Assembly (NCBI GenBank): GCA_021788015.1
Contig: JAJYLD010000004.1
Location: forward strand, 3,580 to 67,579
Length of the DNA: 64,000 nt
Source: a bacterium
GTDB lineage: Bacteria > Patescibacteriota > Patescibacteriia > Patescibacteriales > JAKAJF01
Reading direction: 5' to 3'
Position 1 is the stretch's first letter. Each line of letters starts with the position of its first letter. Below the pieces are notes generated by a model, which was not told where the DNA came from, did not search any database, and saw only the letters and a program-made list of their open reading frames with translations. Of the stretch, positions 19,996-29,379 are shown in pieces. The translations under genes and the position numbers were made by a program.

Positions 19996-20973
19996 ATGAA
20001 CTGGCTAACGGTTGCCGTAACTTCATATTTTATCAATGCCGGCGTTTATGTCGCCGATAAATTTTTATTGTCTAAAAAAATTCACTCTTCCATAGCTTAC
20101 GCTTTTTATGTGGGCATCTGGAGTATTTTTAACGCCGTTCTTCTTATCTTCGCCCCTTGGGTTCCGAATTTTAAATTTTTAATGATCGATCTTTTCGCTG
20201 GCGTTCTTTTTTTGTTGACTTTGATCTTTTGGTACAAAGCTTTGCATCAAAGCGAAGCGACCAGAGTCGTTCCGATCGTGGGCGCTCTTACTCCGATTTT
20301 CAGCTTTTTGTTGTCCAATCTTTTCTTGAATGAAAAGTTCAATATCGATCAACTGACCGCTTTTTTCATTTTGATCGCCGGCGGAGTTCTGATTTCAATC
20401 AAAGAGACCAAAGTTTATTTTTTAAAAAAAGTTTACGCGAGAGTTAAAAGCGTATGGGAAAATATGTTCGGCATAGTCAGCGCCGAACTTAGACCGACGC
20501 GGAGACTGATCGTTAATTCCGTCACTTCCGCCTTTTTTTTCGCTTTATATTATGTGCTCATGAAAAATATTTATTTGCATCAGCCTTTTATCGGCGGATT
20601 TGTCTGGTCGCGTTTCGGCACGTTTATCGGCGTGCTTTTCATTCTTTTGGTTCCCGAATGGAGGAAGCTGATCGGCGAACGCAAGGAAGAAGCGAAACAG
20701 CCGAAAAATTTGGGCTTCTTTTTGTTTGTGAGATTGATGGCCGCTTTGGCTTTTATTCTTTTGAACTGGGCGATCAGTCTTGGCAATGTGGCTATGGTGA
20801 ACGCTTTGCAGGGAGTGCAATATCTTTTTTTGATTCTTCTGGTTTTGCTTCTCTCGACCAAGTTTCCGAAAATTTTAAAGGAGGAATTGGGGGGCGGGGT
20901 TTTGATCCAAAAAATCATCGGTATCGTTTTGGTGACTCTGGGATTGTATTTATTAACCTTGCCAATTATTTAA
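19996..20973 (+). CDS. polytopic membrane protein, DMT/EamA-like
   Basis: About 10 hydrophobic segments in two halves. No catalytic motifs recognised. Confidence 0.5.
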   Translation: MNWLTVAVTSYFINAGVYVADKFLLSKKIHSSIAYAFYVGIWSIFNAVLLIFAPWVPNFKFLMIDLFAGVLFLLTLIFWYKALHQSEATRVVPIVGALTPIFSFLLSNLFLNEKFNIDQLTAFFILIAGGVLISIKETKVYFLKKVYARVKSVWENMFGIVSAELRPTRRLIVNSVTSAFFFALYYVLMKNIYLHQPFIGGFVWSRFGTFIGVLFILLVPEWRKLIGERKEEAKQPKNLGFFLFVRLMAALAFILLNWAISLGNVAMVNALQGVQYLFLILLVLLLSTKFPKILKEELGGGVLIQKIIGIVLVTLGLYLLTLPII

Positions 20974-20974
20974 A

Positions 20975-22477
20975 ATGTCGGTTTTTATTTTAATTTTTAC
21001 AATTCTCTTCGCCGTTTTCGCCGTGCGGCGACTCGACCTCGCGGTAGCTTTCTTGATTTTCGCTCTACCCGCCTATCTTATTCGTTTTAAAATTCACGGT
21101 TTGCCATCCACGCTTCTTGAAGTCATGATCTGGGTGGTTTTTTTGACGTGGTGCGTGGCAAATTTCAGCGAACTGAGAACGAATTTGGCGAATCGGTTTA
21201 AAAACAAAGACAGAAAAATAAAACGTTATCCGTTTGACGCAGAACTGATTTTGCTTTTAATTATTTCTTTTGTCGCCGCCGGAATTTCCGGTTTTACCGC
21301 GAGCGCTCTTGGTATTTGGAAAGCCTATTTTTTCGAACCGGCGTTGGTGTATATTGTGGTTTTTAATATTGCCGTTCAAAAATACCGACAAAATAAAAAA
21401 AAGAATTTGGAATTTGGAATTTGGAATTTGGAATTTATTCTATGGCCATTGTTGTTTTCCGTCATTGTTATTTCTCTATTCGCGATATATCAAAAAATTA
21501 CGGGGCAATTCATCGGTAATCCTCTTTGGGCCGCCGAGGCGACGAGACGGGTTGTTTCCTTTTTCGGCTATCCCAATGCCATTGGGTTGTATGTGGGGCC
21601 ATTGGTATTAGTTTTTATCGGGTGGTTGTTTGCTATAATTCTGAAGCGGAGAGCAAGTGAAGCGACAGAATTTCGCAATAAAATTTTAAATTTTAAATTT
21701 TTAATTTTTAAACAATTTTCTATTTTTCAATTTTTAAAAATTTTTTTGATTGCGATTGGAATAGTTCTGTCCATCCTATCCATCATCTTTGCGAAATCAA
21801 ATGGCGCCGGGATCGGCGTAGGCGCGGGGTTGATCGTTTTTGGAATTTTGGCGAACAAAAAATCGAGAAAAATAACCTCTCTGATTTTGTTGATTTTGAT
21901 TTTGGGCGCGGCAATTTTCGCGCCGGCAAGAAATTTGGCGTTAAAATATTTAACGTTGAGCGATTTTTCCGGGCAGGTCAGGCAGGCGCAGTGGCGGGAG
22001 ACTTTGACCATGCTCAAAGACGGCAGAATCGTTACCGGAGCCGGTCTCGACAATTATCAAAAAACGATCGCGCCTTACCATGTTCCCGGATTTTTTTACA
22101 ATAAGTTCAATGATCCCGATTTCCACCGCAAAACCGTCTTTAACGCCGCATATCGCAAGTTGGTCTGGCAGCCGTTGGAAATTTACATGTATCCTCACAA
22201 TATACTTTTAAATTTTTGGTCAGAACTGGGACTTGCGGGCATGCTTTTGTTCATTTGGATTATCGGAAAATATTTTGTTTTAGGGATTAGGAATTTGGAA
22301 TTAGGAATTAGGAGCAGAAGAAAAGAAGATTATTTAATTTCAGGGTTGATGGGGGCCATGGTTATGATCATTGTTCAGGGGATTGTCGACGTGCCTTATT
22401 TTAAAAATGATTTATCCGTGATGTTTTGGATTTTTGTCGCGATGTTAAGTTTGTTGAATATATATAAAGAAACATGA
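20975..22477 (+). CDS. O-antigen ligase/polymerase (Wzy_C)-family membrane protein
   Basis: Polytopic. 'TGAGLDNYQ' and 'PHNILLNFWSELGLAGMLLF' resemble the Wzy_C loop and helix. Contains in-frame heptamer repeats. Confidence 0.65.
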   Translation: MSVFILIFTILFAVFAVRRLDLAVAFLIFALPAYLIRFKIHGLPSTLLEVMIWVVFLTWCVANFSELRTNLANRFKNKDRKIKRYPFDAELILLLIISFVAAGISGFTASALGIWKAYFFEPALVYIVVFNIAVQKYRQNKKKNLEFGIWNLEFILWPLLFSVIVISLFAIYQKITGQFIGNPLWAAEATRRVVSFFGYPNAIGLYVGPLVLVFIGWLFAIILKRRASEATEFRNKILNFKFLIFKQFSIFQFLKIFLIAIGIVLSILSIIFAKSNGAGIGVGAGLIVFGILANKKSRKITSLILLILILGAAIFAPARNLALKYLTLSDFSGQVRQAQWRETLTMLKDGRIVTGAGLDNYQKTIAPYHVPGFFYNKFNDPDFHRKTVFNAAYRKLVWQPLEIYMYPHNILLNFWSELGLAGMLLFIWIIGKYFVLGIRNLELGIRSRRKEDYLISGLMGAMVMIIVQGIVDVPYFKNDLSVMFWIFVAMLSLLNIYKET

Positions 22478-23196
22478 AAATTATTTTGCAAAAATTCATT
22501 GCCGATTCGGGATTCTGCTCGAGGAGGAAAGCGGAAGATTTGATTAGAAGCGGCAAGATTTTTGTGAACGGGAAAAAGGCGGAATCGGGCATGAAGGCGG
22601 GCGAGGGGGACGAAGTAAAAATCAACGGAAAAAGGCTCACCTTGGCAAAAGAGAAAGTTTATATTAAACTGAATAAGCCAAAAGGTTATACCTCGACGGC
22701 AAAGAAATTTAAAAATGAAAAGAATGTTTTTGATCTGGTAGGGACGCAAAATTTTGCGTCTTTACGCGGAACGCGATTATTTATCGTCGGCCGGCTTGAC
22801 AAAGACAGTCGCGGCTTGATTCTTCTGACGAATGACGGCGGTTTTGCGCAAAAAATGACACATCCGAAATATGAGCATGAAAAAGAGTATATCGTGGAAA
22901 CCGGGAGATTGGGAAATTCGGAAATTAGGGAAAATGAAATAGTTAAAAAATTTAAGCAAGGAATTGCTATCGGCGAGGGCGACGGGATTGCGAAGGCGAA
23001 AGAAGTTAGATATTTAGGAAAGAATAAATTTAAAATCATTTTGACCGAGGGCAAGAAAAGACAAATCCGAAGGATGTTTAAAAAATTGGGATATGAAGTC
23101 GTTGATATTTTGCGCGTGAGGATCGGGAAAGCGAAATTGGGCGATTTAAAAGAAGGAAAGTGGGAATGCGTCCCTTTCCTTACCAAGGAGGATTAG
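22474..23196 (+). CDS. rRNA pseudouridine synthase (RsuA/RluB family, S4 domain)
   Basis: 'GFCSRRKAEDLIRSGKIFVNG' S4 domain, catalytic 'VGRLDKDSRGLILLTNDG', 'KRQIRRM'. Confidence 0.85.
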   Translation: MKIILQKFIADSGFCSRRKAEDLIRSGKIFVNGKKAESGMKAGEGDEVKINGKRLTLAKEKVYIKLNKPKGYTSTAKKFKNEKNVFDLVGTQNFASLRGTRLFIVGRLDKDSRGLILLTNDGGFAQKMTHPKYEHEKEYIVETGRLGNSEIRENEIVKKFKQGIAIGEGDGIAKAKEVRYLGKNKFKIILTEGKKRQIRRMFKKLGYEVVDILRVRIGKAKLGDLKEGKWECVPFLTKED

Positions 23197-23382
23197 GGAG
23201 GTTTCCTTAAACTCGCTTCGCTAGGAGTTACTTTCTTGCCCTCCAAAGGCGGGTAAATAACCAAGAAAGTAACCAAACCCGTCCGCAATGCTTCGCATAG
23301 CGATGCAGGCGGGAAAGTTTTGGGGGCTCCAATTTCCCGACATCTGTCGGGACTCAATTCCGCCTCCGAACCTCCGTGTTTT
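23197..23382 (+). ncRNA. candidate structured RNA (GC-rich multi-helix region), class unknown
   Basis: Closing helix 'ggaggtt'/'gaacctcc'. 12-bp helix 'gttactttcttg'/'caagaaagtaac'. 'cccgtccgca'/'tgcaggcggg' with a G-U pair only on the + strand. Hairpin 'tcccgaca tc tgtcggga'. Ends in 'gtgtttt'. Confidence 0.35.
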
Positions 23383-23468
23383 AAAAACTAAATTAATTCA
23401 GGTTTTAGAATTAAAAAATAATTAATGTAGATTCGAAATTTAATTTATCGAGATCTGCTGCTAAAGGG

Positions 23469-24494
23469 ATGAAAGACAAATATGATGTGATAATTGTTGG
23501 AGCCGGACCGGCTGGATTAGCTTGTGCGATCGAATTGCAAAAATCGGATAAATCGGTCTTGATTTTGGAAAAAAACTCGGAAATCGGTCTGAAGATTTGC
23601 GCGGGAGGTTTGACTGCCAAATTTGAAAATCTCGGTTTTTCTCTTAATGATGCGGATAAATTATTTTCTTCCGTAAGAGTAAGCATTTTTGAAAAAGAAA
23701 TACCGATTTTGCAGGACAAAGATTTTATTGCCACGATCGGTCGGTCGAAGCTTGGCAAAATTCTTTATGAGAAATTATCGGAAAAAGTCGAAGTGCATAT
23801 GGGCGTTAAGGTGGAGGTAGTGAGAGAGAATTACATTGAAACTGAGGGTAAAAAGATTTATTACGAATATTTGGTCGGTGCCGACGGAAGTAATTCAACG
23901 GTTAGAAAATTTTTAGGTCTGAAAAATAAAAAATTTGCGGTTGCCTTACAGTATGCGGTAAAAAATAATTTTCATGATCTTGAAATTTTTTTCGATTCCG
24001 TTTTGTTCGGGCCGGGTTACGCCTGGATATTTCCTCACGAAAATCAAACTTTAATTGGATGTGGTCGAGAAGGGACTGCGAGCGGATCAGAATTAAGAAA
24101 TAATTTTGAGAAATGGTTAAAAAAAGAAAACATCGATACGAGCGGATCGGAGTTAACCGGCTTTATCGTAAGTTATGATTATCAGGGTTTCGATTTTGGA
24201 AATAAATTTTTAATCGGTGATGCCGCCGGGTTCGCTTCCGGATTTACGGGCGAGGGAATTTATTTTGCCATGGTATCGGGGATGGAAGTGGCGAAAAAAA
24301 TATCGGATTCTTCTTATAAATGCGAGAAGATTGATGAAATATTGAAAATTAAAAAAAAGCACGAAAAACTTTTGAATTTCGAATTGGCGTTAATCAAATT
24401 TAATCCCGGATTATTAAAGTTTTTTTATCGATTTGTGTCTTTCTTTTTAAAATTTAAGTGGGTTACCAAAAAAGTTATTCAGGCCTATTTTTGA
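23469..24494 (+). CDS. FAD-dependent oxidoreductase, geranylgeranyl reductase family
   Basis: 'DVIIVGAGPAGLACAIEL' dinucleotide-binding motif, 'LVGADGSNSTVRK', 'LIGDAAGFASGFTGEGIYFA'. Confidence 0.75.
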   Translation: MKDKYDVIIVGAGPAGLACAIELQKSDKSVLILEKNSEIGLKICAGGLTAKFENLGFSLNDADKLFSSVRVSIFEKEIPILQDKDFIATIGRSKLGKILYEKLSEKVEVHMGVKVEVVRENYIETEGKKIYYEYLVGADGSNSTVRKFLGLKNKKFAVALQYAVKNNFHDLEIFFDSVLFGPGYAWIFPHENQTLIGCGREGTASGSELRNNFEKWLKKENIDTSGSELTGFIVSYDYQGFDFGNKFLIGDAAGFASGFTGEGIYFAMVSGMEVAKKISDSSYKCEKIDEILKIKKKHEKLLNFELALIKFNPGLLKFFYRFVSFFLKFKWVTKKVIQAYF

Positions 24495-24524
24495 AGATAG
24501 GTCTGGAAAGTGCAAAAAAAATTA

Positions 24525-24611
24525 GGTGGGATGGCCGAGTGGTTGAAGGCGCGGCTCTCGAAAAGCCGTATGGCAGAAATGTCATCTAGGGTTCAAATCC
24601 CTATCCCACCG
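24525..24611 (+). tRNA. tRNA-Ser (anticodon CGA), long variable arm
   Basis: GGTGGGA TG GCC GAGTGGTTGAA GGC G CGGCT CTCGAAA AGCCG + variable arm + TAGGG TTCAAAT CCCTA TCCCACC G. Confidence 0.9.
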
Positions 24612-24651
24612 CCCTCTATATCGTGAACCAATTAATAGTAAACCTAGTTTT

Positions 24652-25671
24652 ATGCAAAAAATTGATGTTATTGTTATAGGAGCCGGACCAGGCGGTTTGA
24701 GTTGCGCAAAAAGATTAGCAGAATTAAAAATCGATGTCGCCGTATTTGAAAAAAATTCTTCTATAAACAGGAAAATTTGCACAGGCCTTTGGGGGTTAAA
24801 CGGAAAAACAAAAAAGATAAATTTACCCGAAGAGGTATTCGAGCGTAAATTCAACAAAGTTATAGTTTCTACCCTCAAAAATTCAATGATTGTGGAAACA
24901 AAAAGTCCGTTTGTTGCTACTCTGGACAGAACAAGATTGGGTGAATGGATGCTGGAAGAAGCAGAGGAGGCAGGAGCACAAATTTTTTTTGATTCGCCCG
25001 TAATAGATATTGGAGATAATTTTATAAATGTAAATGGACAAAAATATTTTTTTAACAGCTTGGTCGGAGCCGATGGAAGTTTTTCATTAGTTAGGAGAAA
25101 ATTAGGGCTTCCCACCAAGGCAGGAATTGGAATACAATATTGGCTAGAAGACGGACCGAAAGAATTAGAAATTCATTTGGATTATAATAGATTCGGCCCG
25201 TGGTATAGCTGGATTGCTCCGCATAAAAATTTAATTTCTATCGGAACCGGAGGAGATTTGAATTTTAAGAAGGTTGATAAATTTAAAAACGCTTTGGATG
25301 GGTGGTTGAGCGAGAGGAAAATAAATTCTTTTAAAACACAATTGGAAGGATCGTACATATGCCACGAATATCACGGTTTTAAATTCGGAAATAAGTATTT
25401 AATTGGAGATGCTGCGGGCTTGCCATCCAGCCTCACCGGAGAAGGTATTTATCCGGCCATAGTTTCCGGGATTGATGTGGCAAACATAATTTTTAATAGT
25501 GAGCATTCTCCCAAATTTATTTTTGAAGTTTTAAAAATTAAACGTCTGCACAATGTAATTCTGCGACTTTTTAAAATAAACCCGATATTAACAAAAATTG
25601 AACATAAATTTTTTCTTTGGTTATTAAAAAATGAGCACTTTAAGAATAAAGTAATCGAATTTTTAGCTTAA
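24652..25671 (+). CDS. FAD-dependent oxidoreductase, geranylgeranyl reductase family (second paralog)
   Basis: 'DVIVIGAGPGGLSCAKRL', 'LVGADGSFSLVRR', 'LIGDAAGLPSSLTGEGIYPA'. Collinear with 23469..24494. Confidence 0.75.
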   Translation: MQKIDVIVIGAGPGGLSCAKRLAELKIDVAVFEKNSSINRKICTGLWGLNGKTKKINLPEEVFERKFNKVIVSTLKNSMIVETKSPFVATLDRTRLGEWMLEEAEEAGAQIFFDSPVIDIGDNFINVNGQKYFFNSLVGADGSFSLVRRKLGLPTKAGIGIQYWLEDGPKELEIHLDYNRFGPWYSWIAPHKNLISIGTGGDLNFKKVDKFKNALDGWLSERKINSFKTQLEGSYICHEYHGFKFGNKYLIGDAAGLPSSLTGEGIYPAIVSGIDVANIIFNSEHSPKFIFEVLKIKRLHNVILRLFKINPILTKIEHKFFLWLLKNEHFKNKVIEFLA

Positions 25672-25681
25672 ATATAAATGC

Positions 25682-25730
25682 AGCCGTATGGCAGAAATGT
25701 CATCCTATAACTCAAATTTATCCCATCGCC
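25682..25730 (+). repeat. degenerate partial copy of the tRNA-Ser 3' half
   Basis: 'agccgtatggcagaaatgtcatc' is identical to tRNA-Ser 24564-24586. It then decays to 'ctataactcaaatttatcccatcgcc'. Confidence 0.7.
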
Positions 25731-25826
25731 GTGCAAAAAAAGAATTTCGCTGAGAAAATATCCTAAATGGATTCTGGCAATTAAAAAGCTCGCAAATCCA
25801 GTTTAGATTTCACGAGCTATGGTGCA

Positions 25827-26024
25827 TCATTTAAGTTTATTTCTGGCGTCTCGGGCGTTCCGGATCAGTTTATAACAAGATAACCCTAATGCCAGAATGA
25901 AAAAATATACAGCAGCCCCTTTCATGTGTCCTACATGAAGAGAAGTTGTATTGCCTGCCAGATGGCATAGGCATATAAGGATTATTGTTAGACAAAATCC
26001 TGTTACCCATTTTTTAAAGTTCAC
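25827..26024 (-). CDS. small membrane protein (65 aa, GTG start)
   Basis: SD 'gaaggagg' sits 5 nt upstream of GTG. Two hydrophobic helices. Confidence 0.5.
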   Translation of the reverse strand: MNFKKWVTGFCLTIILICLCHLAGNTTSLHVGHMKGAAVYFFILALGLSCYKLIRNARDARNKLK

Positions 26025-26170
26025 AGCCCCTCCTTCTTTAAAGGTAAAATTTTAGGATTAATTAGAAAAAATTTTTCTAATTTTAAATTTTAACACAAAT
26101 ACAAAAAATGTCAATAGAGAAATAGTTTGTCACTTCAAATCTCGCCCTCTCCGCTTTCTTACGGGGTGAA

Positions 26171-26238
26171 AAGGCGCGGCTCTCGAAAAGCCGTATGGCA
26201 GAAATGTCATCTAGGGTTCAAATCCCTATCCCACCGCC
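26171..26238 (+). repeat. near-exact partial copy of tRNA-Ser (D-stem 3' side to the 3' end)
   Basis: 'aaggcgcggctctcgaaaagccgtatggcagaaatgtcatctagggttcaaatccctatcccaccgcc' matches 24544-24613 by eye. The 5' acceptor and D-loop are absent. Confidence 0.85.
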
Positions 26239-26440
26239 AGCAAAATGTTTGAATTTTTAGCGGTTTTAAGCTAAAATAAATATATGGTTACGCGAAGTTG
26301 TTCCGATGAGAATTGGACGATCTTTTGCCGGGGGATTGGATGCGACAATTACGGATTTAAATTAAAATCATTTTCATTATTACAAATATGACAAAAATTA
26401 AAGGTCGAAGTTGTATTTAATAAAACGTAAATAAAAACCT

Positions 26441-26692
26441 ATGCAAAAAATTAACACAAAAGCTTTTACCCTCGCCTGGGGGATTTCTTTTGGGATTTAT
26501 TTTCTCTTCATCGGTTGGGTGGCCGCGTTGGGCTGGGGAGTAAGAATTGTAGAGGCTGTTTCCTCTCTTTATATCGGTTACGCGCCCACTTTTTTGGGCG
26601 GAATTATCGGCGGCGTCTGGGCGTTTTTCGACGGAGCGATCGGCGGCTTAATCATCGCTTTGATTTACAACGCTTTAATTAAAGAAAAATAA
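26441..26692 (+). CDS. small glycine-rich membrane protein (83 aa)
   Basis: Three hydrophobic segments, 'GGIIGGVWAFFDGAIGGLIIALI'. Confidence 0.55.
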   Translation: MQKINTKAFTLAWGISFGIYFLFIGWVAALGWGVRIVEAVSSLYIGYAPTFLGGIIGGVWAFFDGAIGGLIIALIYNALIKEK

Positions 26693-26705
26693 TAAAAACA
26701 AATTT

Positions 26706-26885
26706 ATGAGCACAAAAGAATGGTTATATACCATCATATCCGAAGTTTCTTTTTTTGCCTTCCTCTATTACGTCCAACATTTATTAAGGGTCGGCGGCGA
26801 TCTTTGGGTCAGTTCGCTGATTCTTTGGGTATTGATAAATTTGTCCATAATATTTTGTCCGGTTTTGAGAAAGTATTCCAAATAA
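26706..26885 (+). CDS. small membrane protein (59 aa; not in the ORF track)
   Basis: 'MSTKEWLYTIISEVSFFAFLYYVQHLLRVGGDLWVSSLILWVLINLSIIFCPVLRKYSK'. Preferred over the overlapping low-complexity ORF 26720..26983. Confidence 0.35.
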   Translation: MSTKEWLYTIISEVSFFAFLYYVQHLLRVGGDLWVSSLILWVLINLSIIFCPVLRKYSK

Positions 26886-26999
26886 AAGAGGTATGGCAAA
26901 AAAATAAAAATTTTCCTTGTTTTAAAGGAAAATTTTTATTATACTGCCAAAATTTTCGCAATAATGGTATAATTTTTATATAACTCATAAGGTTAAATT

Positions 27000-27692
27000 A
27001 TGGCCAATGAAAAAAACATTTTAAAAATCTTGGAAATAACGAAAACGGATCAATATTCCACGGTAGAAGAACTGTTTGAAAAAAGCCGGCCCAATTCGAT
27101 TTATTATACGTTGTTAATTTTATCTTCTTTCATAGTGGCTTGCGGTTTATTACTTGACAATTCGACGATAGTGATAGGAGGCATGCTGGTGGCGCCGCTT
27201 TTGACGCCGATTTTAATCATGGCTTTGGGCATCGTCGTGGGTGAATTCAAAGCGTTGAAAGCGCCCACCATTTTAATATTAAAATCGGCTTTAACGGTTG
27301 TCGTTGTTTCTTTTCTGTTGGCGATTTTATTCGGCAGCCCCGAGACTATTTCGATTTTTGAAAATTCCTTGCGAGTGGCCATTTTGTATTTTATTGTGGC
27401 TATCGCTTCGGGTATGGCCGCCACTTTCGCCTGGGCGAGAAAAGATATTATGGACATTTTACCGGGAATAGCCATAGCCGTTTCTTTGGTTCCTCCGCTC
27501 TCCGCTTTGGGAATCAGTTTGGTTTCTCTAAATTTAGAAATTATTCGCACCGTATTCGCGATTTTTGTATTTAATTTGATTGGAATAGTTTTGGGCAGTT
27601 TGGTCGTTTTCTCGTTATTGAGATTCCAAAAGGCGCAAAAGATTGTCGCGAAAGAAGCCGATGCCCAGGAAACAAAAGAAAAAACGTCTTGA
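27000..27692 (+). CDS. DUF389-like polytopic membrane protein
   Basis: 'GGMLVAPLLTPILIMALG' resembles the DUF389 'MLISPLMGPI' motif. 5-6 TM segments. Confidence 0.5.
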   Translation: MANEKNILKILEITKTDQYSTVEELFEKSRPNSIYYTLLILSSFIVACGLLLDNSTIVIGGMLVAPLLTPILIMALGIVVGEFKALKAPTILILKSALTVVVVSFLLAILFGSPETISIFENSLRVAILYFIVAIASGMAATFAWARKDIMDILPGIAIAVSLVPPLSALGISLVSLNLEIIRTVFAIFVFNLIGIVLGSLVVFSLLRFQKAQKIVAKEADAQETKEKTS

Positions 27693-27711
27693 TTTTAATG
27701 TAATTGTGTTT

Positions 27712-28572
27712 ATGAAAAATTTTATTCAAGGGACGTTCCATAATATAACTCCTTGGCTTTTGAATCACGGGCTCAAAGTCGTCGCCATTGTCGTTGTCAC
27801 GCAGATTATTGGCAAGTTCGGCGGGATTTTCATAGAGAAGATTATAAAAAGGGTTGTCGTAACCGATCATTTTTTAAGCAAAGAAGCCAAGAAAAAGAGA
27901 GAAGATACTTTGATCAGAATTTTTTCGACTTCGTTAAGCATATTAATTTGGATTATCGCCGTTTTAATGATTTTACAGGAAGTAGGTTTTGCCATAGGAC
28001 CGCTTCTTGCGGCGGCCGGAATCGCCGGATTGGCTTTCGGTTTCGGCGGTCAGTATCTCATTCGCGACCTTATCAGCGGATTGTTCATTATTATGGAAAA
28101 CCAATATCGAATCGGCGATGTTGTCTGTTTTGACGGAACTTGCGGACTGGTCGAAGATATCAGTTTGCGTATGACCACGCTCAGAGATTTGGACGGAACC
28201 GTCCATCATATTCCGCACGGGGAAATCAAAAAGGTTTCCAATCTTTCAAAATACTTCGCGAGAGTGAACATAAATATCGGAGTGTCATATGACGCCAATC
28301 TCGAACATGTGATCTCCGTGGTCAATAAAGTAGGGCGAGAGCTTGCGGAAGACGCCGCCTGGGGAGATCAAATCATAAAAGCGCCGCAGTTTTTGCGAGT
28401 TGACGATTTTGCCGATTCGGCGGTTATTATTAAAATTCTCGGTGAAACCAAGCCGCTTTTGCAGTGGGATGTCGCCGGCGAATTTCGAAAAAGAATTAAA
28501 ATCGCGTTTGACGAAGAGGGAATCGAAATTCCGTTCCCGCAGAGAGTTGTTTATCAAAGAAAAAATGACTAA
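27712..28572 (+). CDS. mechanosensitive ion channel (MscS family)
   Basis: 'GFGGQYLIRDLISGLFIIMENQYRIGDVV...GLVEDISLRMTTLRDLDGTVHHIPHGEI'. Start trimmed to 'MKNFIQG'. Confidence 0.85.
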   Translation: MKNFIQGTFHNITPWLLNHGLKVVAIVVVTQIIGKFGGIFIEKIIKRVVVTDHFLSKEAKKKREDTLIRIFSTSLSILIWIIAVLMILQEVGFAIGPLLAAAGIAGLAFGFGGQYLIRDLISGLFIIMENQYRIGDVVCFDGTCGLVEDISLRMTTLRDLDGTVHHIPHGEIKKVSNLSKYFARVNINIGVSYDANLEHVISVVNKVGRELAEDAAWGDQIIKAPQFLRVDDFADSAVIIKILGETKPLLQWDVAGEFRKRIKIAFDEEGIEIPFPQRVVYQRKND

Positions 28573-29149
28573 ATACATCCTTAATTCGGGAGGTTTGAAA
28601 AATAATTCGGACAAAGCGGTTTTGTTTTTTAACGAGATTTTAAAAGACTTGGGTGATGTTCCGAAAATTTTGTTTTGTCTTTTTGCGCAACCGCGAGAAG
28701 ATTGGGAAAATAAATTTGAAGAATATAAAAAAGATTTTTCGGAGAAAGCGAATGTCGAACCCATAGTTGAATTGGCGTATCCGGATAAATTTATTGAGCA
28801 GATGAAAAATAATGACGCAATTATTTTGTTCGGAGGCGATGACCATCTGATTCAGTATTGGTTAAAACAATTTGACCTGCCAAAAATTTGGAAAGATAAA
28901 GCTGTCGCCGGCAGTTCCGCCGGATCAGATGTCTTGGTAAAACATTTTTGGACTTGCGATTGGCGGCAATGCATGGACGGGCTCGGAATTCTGCCAATTA
29001 AATTTATTCCGCATTATGAATCAGATTATGGCAAAAATGATCCGCGGGGGTCGATCGATTGGAAGAAAGCGCATGACGAACTTGCTGAATACGGCGACAA
29101 GTCATTACCGATCCACGCGCTCGAAGAAGGTGAGTTTATTATTTTTTAA
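28565..29149 (+). CDS. peptidase S51 / class I glutamine-amidotransferase-like protein
   Basis: 'ILFGGDDHLI', 'AGSSAGSDVL' nucleophile-elbow-like. Start 'MTKYILNSGG' overlaps the mscS stop. Confidence 0.55.
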   Translation: MTKYILNSGGLKNNSDKAVLFFNEILKDLGDVPKILFCLFAQPREDWENKFEEYKKDFSEKANVEPIVELAYPDKFIEQMKNNDAIILFGGDDHLIQYWLKQFDLPKIWKDKAVAGSSAGSDVLVKHFWTCDWRQCMDGLGILPIKFIPHYESDYGKNDPRGSIDWKKAHDELAEYGDKSLPIHALEEGEFIIF

Positions 29150-29213
29150 AAATAAAAATGTTATTTTAGTCGGCAGATTCTTTTTAAGAGATTTTGTCAC
29201 AAAAAATAAAAGT

Positions 29214-29368
29214 TGTCATCCTGAACTTGATTCAGGATCCAGGAGTGAGCCACAAAAATATTTTTTTGAATCTAAGAATTTTAAAAAGGTTTTATCCGCA
29301 ACATCTATTTTAAAAAAATATCCGTGCGTTTTTAACATGGATCCCGGCTCGTAGGCCGGGATGACAGT
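29214..29368. repeat. pair of REP-like hairpins in inverted orientation
   Basis: 'gtcatcctgaacttgattcaggatcc' (29216-29241) and 'ggatcccggctcgtaggccgggatgac' (29339-29365). A related degenerate copy lies at 49150-49179. Confidence 0.55.
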
Positions 29369-29379
29369 TAAATCAAAAT

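Noticed and set aside
24582-25118. 178-aa ORF on the - strand
   Set aside because: It overlaps tRNA-Ser and is antisense to the second reductase paralog. No motifs are present.
26720-26983. 87-aa ORF from the track
   Set aside because: It is low-complexity, has no SD, and overlaps a more plausible 59-aa membrane-protein frame (26706..26885). Both calls remain weak.
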